Of a stretch of 32,000 nt of DNA, positions 11,094 through 21,485 are shown one piece after another. The notes under the pieces are model-generated. The model ran no database searches. It was given only the letters and a program-made list of their open reading frames with translations, and was not told the origin of the DNA. This DNA comes from Trichodesmium erythraeum IMS101 (lineage in GTDB: Bacteria > Cyanobacteriota > Cyanobacteriia > Cyanobacteriales > Microcoleaceae): contig NC_008312.1 of NCBI RefSeq assembly GCF_000014265.1, forward strand, positions 3,750,001 through 3,782,000, given 5' to 3'. The translations under genes were made by a program, and so were the position numbers. How positions within the stretch are numbered: the first letter of the stretch is position 1; the number at the start of each line of letters is the position of its first letter.

Positions 11094-11813
11094 CTAAGAT
11101 TTGACATCAGTTTTAAAGCGATCAGCATTAGCACTTTCCGCAGTCGCGACATCCCCCTTACCAAAAAATGCAGGAAATGGTTTAGGGATTTCAAGTGCCC
11201 GTTGAGTTCTAGGTCTGTTGTCAATACATTCAAACCAAGCTTGAAGATTTTCTAGTCCATCTACTGATACTTTAGCCCAGTAGTAGGAGCGTGCCCAAGG
11301 ATAAGTAGCTATATCTGCAATGCTAAACTCATCTCCAAGCAAGTAGGTTTTACCTTCAAGTTGCTTATCTAAAACTTCGAGTAGTCTACGTGACTCTTGG
11401 ACATATCGCTTGATTGAAAATTCTTCATGATGTCCTTGAGGTTCAGCAATCCTTTGGAAGTACATAGCCTGACCCATCATTGGGCCAACACCACCCATCT
11501 GAAACATTAACCACTGAAGTGCTTGGGAGCGGGATTTTTCTTCTTTGGGAAGGAATTTTCCGTACTTTTCCGCTAGATACCAAAGAATTGCACCAGACTC
11601 GAAGACGACAAAATTATCATTGCTAAGATCTACGATAGTTGGGATGCGTCCATTGGGGTTAAGCTTCATATACCACTCAGATTTCTGATCCTTTTTGCTA
11701 AAGTCGATGGGTGTTAGGTTGTATTCGACTTCTGCTTCTTCAAGAAAAATTAAAGGCTTCCAACCATTCATGGTGGATGCTGTGTAAAGATGAATATCAG
11801 GTTGTGTTGACAT
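11094..11813 (-). CDS. Glutathione S-transferase, Nu-class (YfcG/YghU-like)
   Basis: 239 aa. The thioredoxin-like N-terminus reads NGWKPLIFLEEAEVEY, NPNGRIPTIVD and FESGAILWYLAEKYG, followed by a helical C-terminal domain. It resembles E. coli YfcG-type GSTs. Confidence 0.85.
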   Translation of the reverse strand: MSTQPDIHLYTASTMNGWKPLIFLEEAEVEYNLTPIDFSKKDQKSEWYMKLNPNGRIPTIVDLSNDNFVVFESGAILWYLAEKYGKFLPKEEKSRSQALQWLMFQMGGVGPMMGQAMYFQRIAEPQGHHEEFSIKRYVQESRRLLEVLDKQLEGKTYLLGDEFSIADIATYPWARSYYWAKVSVDGLENLQAWFECIDNRPRTQRALEIPKPFPAFFGKGDVATAESANADRFKTDVKS

Positions 11814-12115
11814 TATATCTCCTTTAAGCTTATTGATTATATTAACAAAAATAGAAACCTAGTATCCCTTTCTAAAAATTTATACAATCCTAGAAAGATT
11901 TTCTATCGGTGAGAGAAAGCTATTTTTGACTTAACCTTTCATCGCGCTACTGGCAAAAAAGAAGGTAAATTTTTCGTTCAATTGTCTTGGGTGAGAATTT
12001 CCTCTGGATTTTTCATAAATAGTGAAAAGTTTATGCTAGATTTCTCTGGTTAAAGCATTCTTCTCAAGTTTTAATTTGAAATCTTCCACGGCTGTTAGGA
12101 GCGAATATCATTACC

Positions 12116-12252
12116 GTTCCCTAGACCTAATGTGGGTTTACTTTTTATAGGTTGCTGTACCCACCTCTTTTTCTCCCTTCCCACCGAGGGTATCGGGGTG
12201 GGTTACGCTTGCCTGGTATATCAGTTTTTTGTTTTGGGCTGCCCGACCCGCT
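12116..12252. repeat. Copy A of a dispersed GC-rich intergenic repeat (GTACCCACC...TATCGGGGTGGGTTAC, plus inverted GCCCAAAAC)
   Basis: It shares colinear blocks with 20920-20990: gttccctaga/cgtccctaca, tgtacccacc in both, and ggtatcggggtgggtt/ggtcggggaaaggtt. It also shares an inverted block with 20865-20885 (tatcggggtgggtt). gtacccacc (12157-12165) can pair with ggtgggttac (12197-12206). Confidence 0.4.
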
Positions 12253-12502
12253 ACTAAACTAATTAATAGTTAGAATAACACATAAATTCAAAATAAACTA
12301 AACAGTCACCTTAGAAGGACGAAGCTTTAGACCCAATTTTTTTTTAAAAGCCCAATCTAACAACCTAGACATTTTGTAGATACTTTTTAAGATTACTTGA
12401 AATTTTAGACTTTTAATGCTTTCCTTAAGGTTCTATATCAATTTTTTAGCTAGTATTTTCTGACAACAAGAATCTCAAAAAGCGATATCAGTATTTCAGT
12501 AT

Positions 12503-13639
12503 TAGACCTCTCCAACATAAAAATTAAGGTAAAATTGTAATGGCTAATTATATATACCCTGTTTCCAAATGAATAATGTATTAGAATATATTTATAACTA
12601 TCCAAAAGAAACAAAAAGAATTATTGGTATTACAGATGAACAGCTAATGAAATTAATAGAAAACCCTCAAAAAGTTGAAAAAAAAAGACAGGTTAGTGCC
12701 AGCCAATAAAAAAGGTTAATCAAGGCAGGAGGAGGAAGAAAAAAGTCTTTAAGCAAGACAGAAGAGATAATGTTGACTTTATATTATTTGCATCATGTAC
12801 CAACATTTGAGTGACTAGGAGCAATATTTGGAGTTAGCTCATCAACAGCAAATAATATTTTTCAGGCTTTGGATAGATATTTTGAGAGAATTATTACTAT
12901 CTAGTTTACTAGAGGAATTCTCGGGAAAAGAAAACGAATATTTATAGATAAAAGAGGCTTTGACAGAAATATAATTTATAGTTGATAGTACAGAACAGGA
13001 TAGGAAAATGCTAAAACATGATGATAAAGAGAAAAAGTATTATTTAGGAAAGCCAAAAAGTTATAGGTTTAAAAATAAAATATTAATCACAGAAAAGGCA
13101 GAAAAAATAGTAGATTTAATAGGAGGATAAAGAGGTCAAGAAAGTGATACAAAGTTATTCAAAAAAAACACAAAAAAGTTGGATATAGAAAAAATATTTA
13201 AAGGATATAAGGGGTATAAAAGTGGTCAAAGATTAACATATCAAATAAAAAAAAAGAAGCCATAAAATATCAGAATAAGTAAAGAAATAGAATAAAAAAA
13301 AACTTAGAAAAGAATAAATATTTGTAGAACAGATAATAAGACTGATAAAAATATTTAAAATGGCACGAGAAAGATTGAGATTGAAAGAGAGTAATTATGA
13401 AAAAGTAATTTTAATAATATGTGCTTTATTAACATTAAAAAGAGGGAAATTAATATTATTTTAATTCATAAATTTTGCCATAAAAAAAGTAATAAAAAAC
13501 TAGATAAAAATGGTAAATAACTAACAGTAACTATCTGTAATACTATAAAGCCCGTAAAAAATGACTATCTGGTGGAGCTGGCGATCGCTCCCCAAAAGAT
13601 AGTTACAGTAAGGGAAGTGATAATTTTTGGAGATGTCTA
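12503..13639 (+). mobile_element. Decayed IS element (IS5-family, DDE_Tnp_4/HTH_Tnp_4-like transposase) with recognisable terminal inverted repeats
   Basis: The left end is tagacctctccaacataaaaatta (from 12503). The reverse complement of the right end is tagacatctccaaaaatta (ending at 13639). Reading from the ATG at 12569 gives MNNVLEYIYNYPKETKRIIGITDEQL...GGGRKKSLSKTEEIMLTLYYLHHVPTFE*LGAIFGVSSSTANNIF, then ...YYLGKPKSYRFKNKILIT..., interrupted by many stops and frameshifts. No ORF of 60 aa or more survives. Confidence 0.55.
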
Positions 13640-14908
13640 TTATTTATCTGTCAAAAACTCAAGTTTTGATTTTTCTCTGCTACTACTATAGCAGTTATAT
13701 AATTAGATTGAGAAATAAACTGGTGTAAATACTAACGATAAGCTTTTTTAATATCTTGATTAACACTCAAAAACTCTACAATGCACTCAGGACTTTGTAC
13801 TGTCAAGTAGTTTAAGTTCATGTTTTTTAAGTATAACTATGAGTTTTAGCTAAGTACAGGACAAAAAATTTAAACAATTAATAAATTCATTTTGTTTGAA
13901 ATTGATGTCAAGAACGATCGCTTGTAAATGATCCAGCCTATAGGGAAAAATACTTTTTGCCCTAGGATCGTGTTTTTTGATTTCTAAGGGTATTTGTTCA
14001 TATAACCATTCTCCAATTAAACTTCCCCAACTATAAATCCAAACTCATTAATAGCAGTAGTTTACTCAGTCTTTCGAGTTGATTAAAATGAGTTGGTTCC
14101 AAATTGAATTCTCTGGTGTTACATCCTGAACAGTGTTTCATTCCTCTATTAATGAGGATAAAATGTGAGCGCTATGAAAGCTGAATCATTGCTAGTCACA
14201 ATTAGTAATTCTCCATCATCTAACTGTAAAGCTGAAACATACACTTGTCTGCCCCAAACCTATTGTTTTTCTGAAAGAGTTTGAGATTCTCTTTTACCCA
14301 TCACAAATATTATGATCTGCTTTTGACTTTAGTCAAAAAGGAGTTTCAGGTTCAATCATTAATTAAGTTAACTACTCTTTATTGATAAACTCTCTATCAC
14401 TAGAAAGATAGAATACTTGAGCATTGGGAAAAATGTCCGAGAATTTATCTGAAAAATCTATTTTTTTACAAGTGTTGGAGTTCCCTTTATTTTTAAGATC
14501 GTCTAAGTTACAGGGAAAGCAACACCGTTATGGATAATTCCTAAAACGAAAATATTAAAACAATTACAGCCAAAAGACTATTGTGTTCTATCAATACTAA
14601 AAGTCTAAGGTTGAGGTATGTTTATTAATGAGACAATAGTTTTGGCTCCCACTGTAAAATCTAAGTCAAATTTAAAGTCAAATTTAGGAAAAAAATGTTG
14701 TGGTCTTTTGTGGCTATATTCTGGTTTAACGGATGTGGGAAAAGCCAGAGATTAATCAAGTTTACTGTACGAAGACGGATGAGTGCAATTAAAAATAAAG
14801 CTAAAAAATTAAGTCGAGCACTATGGCAAGGTAAATGTTTTTCTCAAGTGTGAGGAAGTAAGTTAATCTGATCCAGAGGAGGGTTGTTCTGAATATTGTG
14901 GTTAATTT

Positions 14909-15172
14909 CTATTCCGCTGCGCGATCGCAAATTACTTGTTTCAGCTGTTCTAAAGAATCAAAAACTTTATTCATAATTGATTCGTCTAGTAAGATCCATA
15001 GCCTCTCTGCAGGCTATAGTTTAGGAGAATAAGTAGGTAATAACTTTAAAAACAAACCCGGCGGAATTTCTAACTTATCTGTGATCCGCTATCAAGCTCT
15101 ATTGAGTACCAGTAACCCTTGATTATTCTGATTAATTCCCTGGGCTTGGGCAAAAGCTTCAAGAATCAGAAT
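14909..15172 (-). pseudogene. IS630-family transposase, C-terminal fragment with three in-frame stops
   Basis: The minus-strand translation is ILILEAFAQAQG...LLVLNRA**RITDKLEIPPGLFLKLLPTYSPKL*PAERLWILLDESIMNKVFDSLEQLKQVICDRAAE*. This matches the conserved IS630 block LVLDRAGWH...LP.YSPELQPAERLW. The N-terminal part is absent; the IS701-like element starts ~50 nt upstream. Confidence 0.6.
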
Positions 15173-15225
15173 TATTATCGGGAATTTAGTGAAACAACAT
15201 AAAAAAAAGGGTATTATATATATAT

Positions 15226-16270
15226 GACAACTATTTTACGTTAATTACTGCCCGGGAAAAGTTCGATGAAAGAAACAAATCCAGTGACCATACTATCTTG
15301 TTTCCATCGATGGTGCGATCGCTCAACTGGGTTAAGAGACTATATAGGAGGATTACTCTTGAGAAAGTCAAAGAAAAAACTTGTCTCAAATGTCGAATAA
15401 TACTATAGATATATCATACCACAAGTTACGGCATTTCTTAGTTGGAGCCAACTGGTCAATTGGTGCTGTCAATGAGCGTCGTCTTCAAGTTATGTGGCAA
15501 TGTCGTCAAACTAAACCCTCTTGTTCATTTGTTGTGATTATAGATGACTCGGGACATAGAAAAAGTGGTAATTTAACTGCAGGAGTGGGGCAACAATACA
15601 TAGGAGAAACTGGAAAAACAGATAATGATATAGTTGTCGTTATAACTCATCTTGATGATGGAGTAAAAAGTCTACCTTTAGATATAGCTTTATATCAAAA
15701 AGCAAATTCTTTACCTATAGGAAAAAAAGACCGAGAATAAGTTTAAGAAACCAGATGAGCGCAATATCTCTAGTTGACAAATGTTTGTCAGCCCGGATAT
15801 CAACCAGAAATTGTGTTAATTGATAGGGGATATGGTAATAATACATTATTCTTAAATCAACTAGAGAAAAGAAATTTAACTTATATAGGAGGATTAGCTA
15901 AAAATCGAAAAGTCCAAATCCCAAAACAGGATGATATTAAAGAGGAAATTAAATTAGAAAAACTAGCTGAGAGTATATCCCCAAAGGCTTTTAACTTAGT
16001 TAAACTAAGTACAAAAAAAATGCGGGGTGTGGGTAGCCATATTAAAAGTAGAACTATCTAGGATGTCAGATCGAAAAACTATAGCTATCGTTATGAATAC
16101 TAAAAATGTTTCTGAGGCCACTGATATTAACTATTATATTACTAATATTGATAGTAAATATGTAACTCCCCAGTGGATATTGTCTACTTATACTAAGAGA
16201 AATTAGGTGTAGGTTTTCTATAGAGAAGCCAAGGAATGGCTAGGGCTGAGAGAATATAAAATCAGTTTAA
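15226..16270 (+). pseudogene. IS701-family (DDE) transposase, fragmented
   Basis: ORFs 15381..15740 and 15774..16061 are consecutive pieces of an IS701-type transposase. The first reads ...VVIIDDSGHRKSGNLTAGVGQQYIGETGKTDNDIVVVITHLDDGVKSLPLDIALYQKANSLPIGKKD and the second ...GYQPEIVLIDRGYGNNTLFLNQLEKRNLTYIGGLAKNRKV. Further pieces (QWILSTYTKRN*V*VFYREAKEWLGLREYK) run to ~16266, with stops and frameshifts between them. Confidence 0.65.
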
Positions 16271-17594
16271 AAGGGATTTTATTTGAGTATGCAAGTGCTT
16301 AGACATTTATTATCTAACATCCGTTAACAGAGGGTATAATAAGATGTTATGATCACAAAACTTTAGAAGTATTTCGTATAGCAATATCTTACCATTTTAT
16401 CAAGTGTTTAGATTAAAAAAAAGACGTATTTACCGCTTATAAAGAGAGTTTGGGATTTGCTTTGTCTTGAAATTTGATAAGGTCTTGCTAAAGCCTTAAT
16501 GATGAACTGCCATCCTGTTAATGAAGCTACAAAATTCTGGTTGATATTTAATATAATTTCTTTAAATATTGTCTCAAAATTTCTGATAAATCTCCAAATA
16601 TTATCTACTTCAACTTTTGTTTTATTGGTAACCATAACCTCTATATCTGGTTAATTTATGTACAATAAATTAGTTGAAGTATGAAAATAATATTCTCAAT
16701 AATTATTAGGCTTAATGATTGATTATATCCATAATTATCTACTTAAATTATGTGTAAATTATTAGGGTAATTCTGGGAAAATATATCCTAAAATTTTTCC
16801 CCAAAAAAAAATTATCTAAATTACTAAAATCATAGAAAAAAAATCTCCTGAATAGAGTTTATGATAACCAATATAACCATAAATATTTATACTCCTATTG
16901 TTTAGTTTTTTTATCCTTGATTCCTTAGATTTCAGAATATCTAGTTTAACAAGACACACCATATTATTCAATGTTTTTATGTCGATTGTAAGTATAGTAT
17001 TAGTTTTGAGAAATACTATTAGCTGGTCAAATTTAAGAATCATTAACTAGTATGCACCATTCCCTAACTTTTAACGGAGAGTGTTTTTTTTCTACCGAGA
17101 ACTTTGTACCGTCCAGAATATTAATTGTTTAATTTTTTTGTCTTGTACTTAGGGCAGAAATATTTTCTTTTTGGCCAAAATTAATAGATCATGCAAAGCC
17201 TTGAAATTTTCTTAGGACTTCTGCCAAGAGACTAATGGTAGTGTAAACATCTAAAATAATTAGCAAAATACACCATATATAGAAGCATGACCTAAGTCTT
17301 ATTTCTCTAAAAAAAGCCTAAAAAAAGTAGCCAAGTTTTCAGAAAAGAATTATAATATTTTTAATAAAATTGTTGGGAATTAAGGGAAAAAAATGGCTAA
17401 AGCCAAAAATAAGTCCAGGTTACCAGGCGTGCTTTTGAGGTCTGAAATTATGAAAATTTTTAAGAGTAAGCTTTTGAGCATTTTTAGTTTTTCCCAAACC
17501 AAACAACTCTAATAATTACGTAATTGAGCAATCTCCTTTTCTATCCCCTCTTTATTTAGGGGCCTTGATTAATCTGATCATCATTTTAGTTATA

Positions 17595-17606
17595 CAGGAC
17601 TTACGC
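17595..17606 (+). repeat. CAGGACTTACGC dispersed motif, copy upstream of nadB
   Basis: An exact 12-mer. The same motif forms both arms of the palindrome at 19514-19556. It recurs in reverse orientation at 29104-29116 and, with one mismatch, at 30376-30388. Confidence 0.7.
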
Positions 17607-17796
17607 ATAACCACCATACCTAGTGAGGTATTTCATGTTCGGAGCACCTGCGCCTGGAAACTAACTATAGATGGTGTGTGATTTGATATGCTTGGGTAAC
17701 TTCTATTATAAATATTCCCTAAAATCAACTTTAGAAAAGACTTGTTCAAAAAATGTTGTACAGGAATTTATTCTATACAAAAATATACTTTTACAG

Positions 17797-19512
17797 ATGC
17801 CAAGATTAAATTCTCCAAGTATTTTTCCTCACTTTGACATTATAGTGGTAGGTTCAGGTGCTGCCGGACTTTATGCGGCTCTTTGTTTACCTGTTCATCT
17901 CCGAGTCGCCTTGGTTACTAAAAATACTATAAACATGGGTTCAAGTAACTATGCTCAGGGAGGTATTGCTGCTGCCATTGATCCTGCGGATAACCCCATC
18001 TTGCATCTAGAAGATACTCTCAAAGCAGGTGTAGGTTTATGTGACCAGGAAGCAGTAAGGTTTATGGTGGACAATGCGGCCAGAGCGATCGCTCATTTAG
18101 TAGAAATGGGAGTTGCCTTCGACCGCAAAGGAAAAAAACTGGCAATGACTCTCGAAGCTGCTCACTCTCATCCCCGGGTGCTTCATTCAGCAGATACCAC
18201 AGGTAGAGCTATTATTGATACACTCGTTATTGAAGCTCAAGAACGTCCAAATATTCAGATAATTTCCCAGGCAGTAGCATTAAATTTGTGGTTAGCCACA
18301 CAAAAGGCTCGGGTTCAAGGTATTAGTCTTCTTCACGAAGGTAAAATCCAGTGGTTAAAATCCTCTGTAGTGGTTTTAGCAACAGGTGGAGGCGGTCAAA
18401 TATTTGCCCAAACTACTAATCCTGAGGTGAGTACGGGGGATGGAATTGCTATAGCGTGGCGTGCCGGGGCAGTTTTGCGAGATTTGGAATTTTTCCAATT
18501 TCATCCTACTGCCTTAATTAAACCAGGAGCACCTCGTTTTCTCATTAGTGAAGCTGTTCGTGGAGAAGGAGCGCACCTAATAGACAATAAGGGAAACCGC
18601 TTTGCCTTTGAGTATCATCCGGCTGGAGAGTTAGCTCCTAGAGATGTTGTCAGTAGAGCTATTTTCCATCATTTGCACAAAACTGCTACCAAGCCTACCA
18701 ATGCTCATGTTTATTTGGACTTGCGAGCCATTGACTCAGACCGCGTTCGCGACAGATTTCCCAATATTATCAATGTCTGTCAAAAATGGGGTATTGATGT
18801 TTTTCAAGAACCTATTCCGGTTGCTCCTGCTGCTCATTATTGGATGGGTGGAGTGGCTTGCGATCTAATGAGTCAGACTTCAATTCCCGGACTATATGCA
18901 ATTGGGGAAACAGCAAGTACAGGAGTTCACGGAGCAAATCGTTTAGCTAGCAATTCTTTGTTAGAATGTTTAGTATTTGCTTCTCAACTATCTCAGATTG
19001 AAATTGAGCCAAATTTGGTGGCACCTGATGCTGATATTTTTCAGGTAAGTTCTAATTGGAATATGGAAATGGAACAGATAGAGGCTATCCGACAAATGTT
19101 ACCAAGTTTAATGTGGGAAAGTGCAGGAATTTCTCGTAAAGGAGAGTCATTAAGTCAGGCACTATATCAGGTGGCGCGCTGGCGAGATAGTTTAGCAAGT
19201 TTTGAGATAGTTAAGTTTTTAGCTAATCTCTTGCCTAACCAGACGATAAAATTAAATTCGACTAATGCTGAAGAGCAGTTGCGGATAACAGCAGAAACAC
19301 TCAATATTTTAGACTTGGGTTATTTAATTCTTAAAAGTGCTGCATGGCGAACTGAAAGCAGAGGTGGGCATTATCGCAGTGATTATCCAAAAACTTCTAA
19401 TGATTGGAAACTACATACTTTGGTTCAGGGCGATCGCTTATTAACTGGTTTTCCAAATGCCTCGCCCCCTGGCCAAGAGAGAGGGTCTTCAGTCAACATT
19501 GAAAAATTTTGA
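17797..19512 (+). CDS. nadB: L-aspartate oxidase
   Basis: The ORF is 17671..19512. I place the start at the ATG at 17797 (MPRLNSPSIFPHFDIIVVGSGAAGLYAAL), just before the FAD GxGxxG fold. Other motifs are HSHPRVLH, SEAVRGEGA, GLYAIGETASTGVHGANRLASNSLLE and ESRGGHYRSDYP. The product is 571 aa. Confidence 0.93.
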   Translation: MPRLNSPSIFPHFDIIVVGSGAAGLYAALCLPVHLRVALVTKNTINMGSSNYAQGGIAAAIDPADNPILHLEDTLKAGVGLCDQEAVRFMVDNAARAIAHLVEMGVAFDRKGKKLAMTLEAAHSHPRVLHSADTTGRAIIDTLVIEAQERPNIQIISQAVALNLWLATQKARVQGISLLHEGKIQWLKSSVVVLATGGGGQIFAQTTNPEVSTGDGIAIAWRAGAVLRDLEFFQFHPTALIKPGAPRFLISEAVRGEGAHLIDNKGNRFAFEYHPAGELAPRDVVSRAIFHHLHKTATKPTNAHVYLDLRAIDSDRVRDRFPNIINVCQKWGIDVFQEPIPVAPAAHYWMGGVACDLMSQTSIPGLYAIGETASTGVHGANRLASNSLLECLVFASQLSQIEIEPNLVAPDADIFQVSSNWNMEMEQIEAIRQMLPSLMWESAGISRKGESLSQALYQVARWRDSLASFEIVKFLANLLPNQTIKLNSTNAEEQLRITAETLNILDLGYLILKSAAWRTESRGGHYRSDYPKTSNDWKLHTLVQGDRLLTGFPNASPPGQERGSSVNIEKF

Positions 19513-19513
19513 A

Positions 19514-19556
19514 TACAGGACTTACGCTGGTGCACTACACCAGCGTAAGTCCTGTA
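19514..19556. repeat. Perfect 19-bp-stem palindrome built from two inverted CAGGACTTACGC motifs, 2 nt after the nadB stop
   Basis: tacaggacttacgctggtg (19514-19532), a cacta loop, then caccagcgtaagtcctgta (19538-19556). It lies between the convergent nadB and nadA and could act as a terminator or RNA-stability hairpin, although no U-tract follows. Confidence 0.75.
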
Positions 19557-19756
19557 ATAGTTACAGAGTTGAGATCTAGTTGACTTCATAAGAGGGAATT
19601 GGATGTGTTGGCGGAGCCTAACGGTAGCTATATCACAGCCTTGATGCAACCAAGCTACTTTTTGTCTAAAATAATCGACTAAATCACAAATAAAAGTTAT
19701 TAGGGCATTGGGAAAAATTTGCTAGAATTCTCTTGAGACAGAGAAGAGCATTTTTA

Positions 19757-20728
19757 TTATGTGAATGAAAGTTCCAACATCTTTTGAATAGGTTTTAATG
19801 CTGCTACTCGTGTTTCTTCAGGAATCATAATTTCTGGCGTCTTATTTTTCATTGCTAAATAAAGCTTTTCTAAATTATTCAGCCTCATGTGGGGGCATTC
19901 GTTACAAGCACAATTATTCATTGCGGGTGCGGGAATAAAGTTTTTCTTGGGTTCTCTCTTTTGCATTTGGTGAATAATTCCCGGTTCAGTTGCCACAATA
20001 AATTCTTGCTCTTGGCTTTCTTGGCAATATTTTAATAAAGCAGTGGTCGAACCAATATAATTGGCATGACGCAATAAATTTGGTTCACATTCTGGATGAG
20101 CAATAATCTCAGCTTCAGGATGTTCTATTTTTAATTGCACAATCTTTTTCTCAGAGAATGTCTCGTGAACAATACAACTGCCTGACCACAAAATCAAATC
20201 TCGTCCAGTTTGTTCCATGACATAGCGACCGAGGTTCTTATCTGGGGCAAAAATTATCGGTTGGTCTGTTGGTATTTGTTTAACTATTTTGACAGAGTTG
20301 GAACTGGTGCAAATAATATCACTCATTGCCTTAATAGCAGCAGTACAATTAATATAAGAAACTACTATGGCATCAGGATGAGCCGCCTTAAATTTGCCAA
20401 ATTCTTCTGGTGGACAACTATCGGCGAGGGAGCAACCTGCATCTAGATCTGGTAGCAGTACCAGTTTATTTGGGTTAAGAATTTTCGCAGTTTCTGCCAT
20501 AAAATGAACTCCCGCAAAAACTATTACATCTGCATCAGTTTCAGCAGCTTTTTGAGAAAGGCCAAGAGAGTCACCAATATAGTCGGCAATATCTTGAATA
20601 TCTGGTTCTTGGTAATAGTGAGCTAGAATAACAGCATTTAATTCTTTCTTTAGGTCGGCGATCGCTTCAAACAAATCATCTGGTATGCTATTAAAATTTT
20701 GGTTGATTCGAGTTTGAGTTGCAAACAT
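19757..20728 (-). CDS. nadA: Quinolinate synthase
   Basis: 323 aa with the motifs [46 protein letters not shown] and TEPGIIHQM, plus a C-terminal CACNECPHM cluster typical of NadA. Confidence 0.95.
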   Translation of the reverse strand: MFATQTRINQNFNSIPDDLFEAIADLKKELNAVILAHYYQEPDIQDIADYIGDSLGLSQKAAETDADVIVFAGVHFMAETAKILNPNKLVLLPDLDAGCSLADSCPPEEFGKFKAAHPDAIVVSYINCTAAIKAMSDIICTSSNSVKIVKQIPTDQPIIFAPDKNLGRYVMEQTGRDLILWSGSCIVHETFSEKKIVQLKIEHPEAEIIAHPECEPNLLRHANYIGSTTALLKYCQESQEQEFIVATEPGIIHQMQKREPKKNFIPAPAMNNCACNECPHMRLNNLEKLYLAMKNKTPEIMIPEETRVAALKPIQKMLELSFT

Positions 20729-20864
20729 TATTAAATTAAGTTTCTCTGTAATTTATTTGTAACTAAGTGGCCAATTATAGTTACTTTAGATAGTTTGATG
20801 AATTATACTATAATTAGGGTTTGATACAATTAGAATTAAAAAAAAAAGTCTTTTAACGAGCAGG

Positions 20865-20990
20865 GAACCCACCCCGATACTCTCCAAACGGGAGAGTAAC
20901 TAGGAATGTTCCATAAAGGCGTCCCTACAGAATAACAGGAAATGTACCCACCCTTAAACCCTCCCGGTCGGGGAAAGGTTGGTAGTCGGA
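20865..20990. repeat. Copy B of the GC-rich intergenic repeat (partial inverted unit plus direct unit)
   Basis: gaacccaccccgatactctcc (20865-20885) is the reverse complement of the ggagagtatcggggtgggttc-type block seen at 12185-12206. The stretch cgtccctaca...tgtacccaccc...ccctcccggtcggggaaaggtt (20920-20980) is colinear with 12116-12206. The copy lies in the divergent nadA/methyltransferase intergenic region. Confidence 0.4.
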
Positions 20991-21013
20991 TATGTTTGTC
21001 CCTTTATTTTTCT

Positions 21014-21044
21014 GCCATGGGAATGCCCAAAATACTAACTTTTT
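21014..21044 (+). repeat. Left copy of a ~30-nt direct repeat (GCCATGGGAATGCCCAAAATACTAACTTTTT)
   Basis: It matches 30009-30038 (gccatagtcagcccaaaatactagcttttt). The 13-mer gcccaaaatacta is exact in both copies, and about 26 of 31 positions agree overall. Confidence 0.6.
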
Positions 21045-21485
21045 CATCCTTGTTGGAGCAAAAACCAGGCGCTTTTTTCAAAAAAAAAAGGTTAAGACCA
21101 ATATGAGTCAATACTTTTGGATTTAATACGCAAACTCTAATTAGTCAAAAACTTAAATTTGAGTAGATATTTTTCAAGTACTTAAACAATACTAAAAACT
21201 TTGCCATGTATAATTAAGATTTAGGGGTAGTACTACATAGTAATGGTCATTTCAGTTATTAGTACCTCGTGTTCGGGAGGAGGCTGGAAATACAGAATCT
21301 TCTTACAGAAATTAGGCAGTATGGGTATACTAGGTTGTATTTTTGGCTCCAGTTAAGATATTTACACTACAATAAGTGCCTTTGCCTAAGTCCTAATTTA
21401 AAAAAAATTATCTTTCCAACTTGTGATATGGTTACTAGGAAAATAACTTAAAAACTTTTTACTATCCACTTTAAATAGAAGATAA

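Noticed and set aside
16408-17043. ORFs 16408..16635 and 16816..17043 (75 aa each, minus strand)
   Set aside because: They are extremely AT-rich and Ile/Asn/Lys-rich, with no RBS and no recognisable motif, and they lie inside the decayed IS tract. They are most likely chance ORFs.
17671-17796. A 42-aa N-terminal extension of the nadB ORF (MVCDLICLGNFYYKYS...)
   Set aside because: The extension is AT-rich and unlike any NadB N-terminus. The ATG at 17797 places the FAD-binding GxGxxG at the usual distance from the start.
18644-18868. The identical 74-aa ORFs 18644..18868 and 29718..29942
   Set aside because: They are an alternative-frame artefact inside nadB and inside its duplicated fragment. 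They are identical only because the underlying DNA is duplicated.
20729-20900. A possible NAD-type riboswitch in the nadA leader
   Set aside because: The GC-rich segment there is better explained as copy B of a dispersed repeat that is also found upstream of the GST gene. I could not recognise any known riboswitch core by eye.
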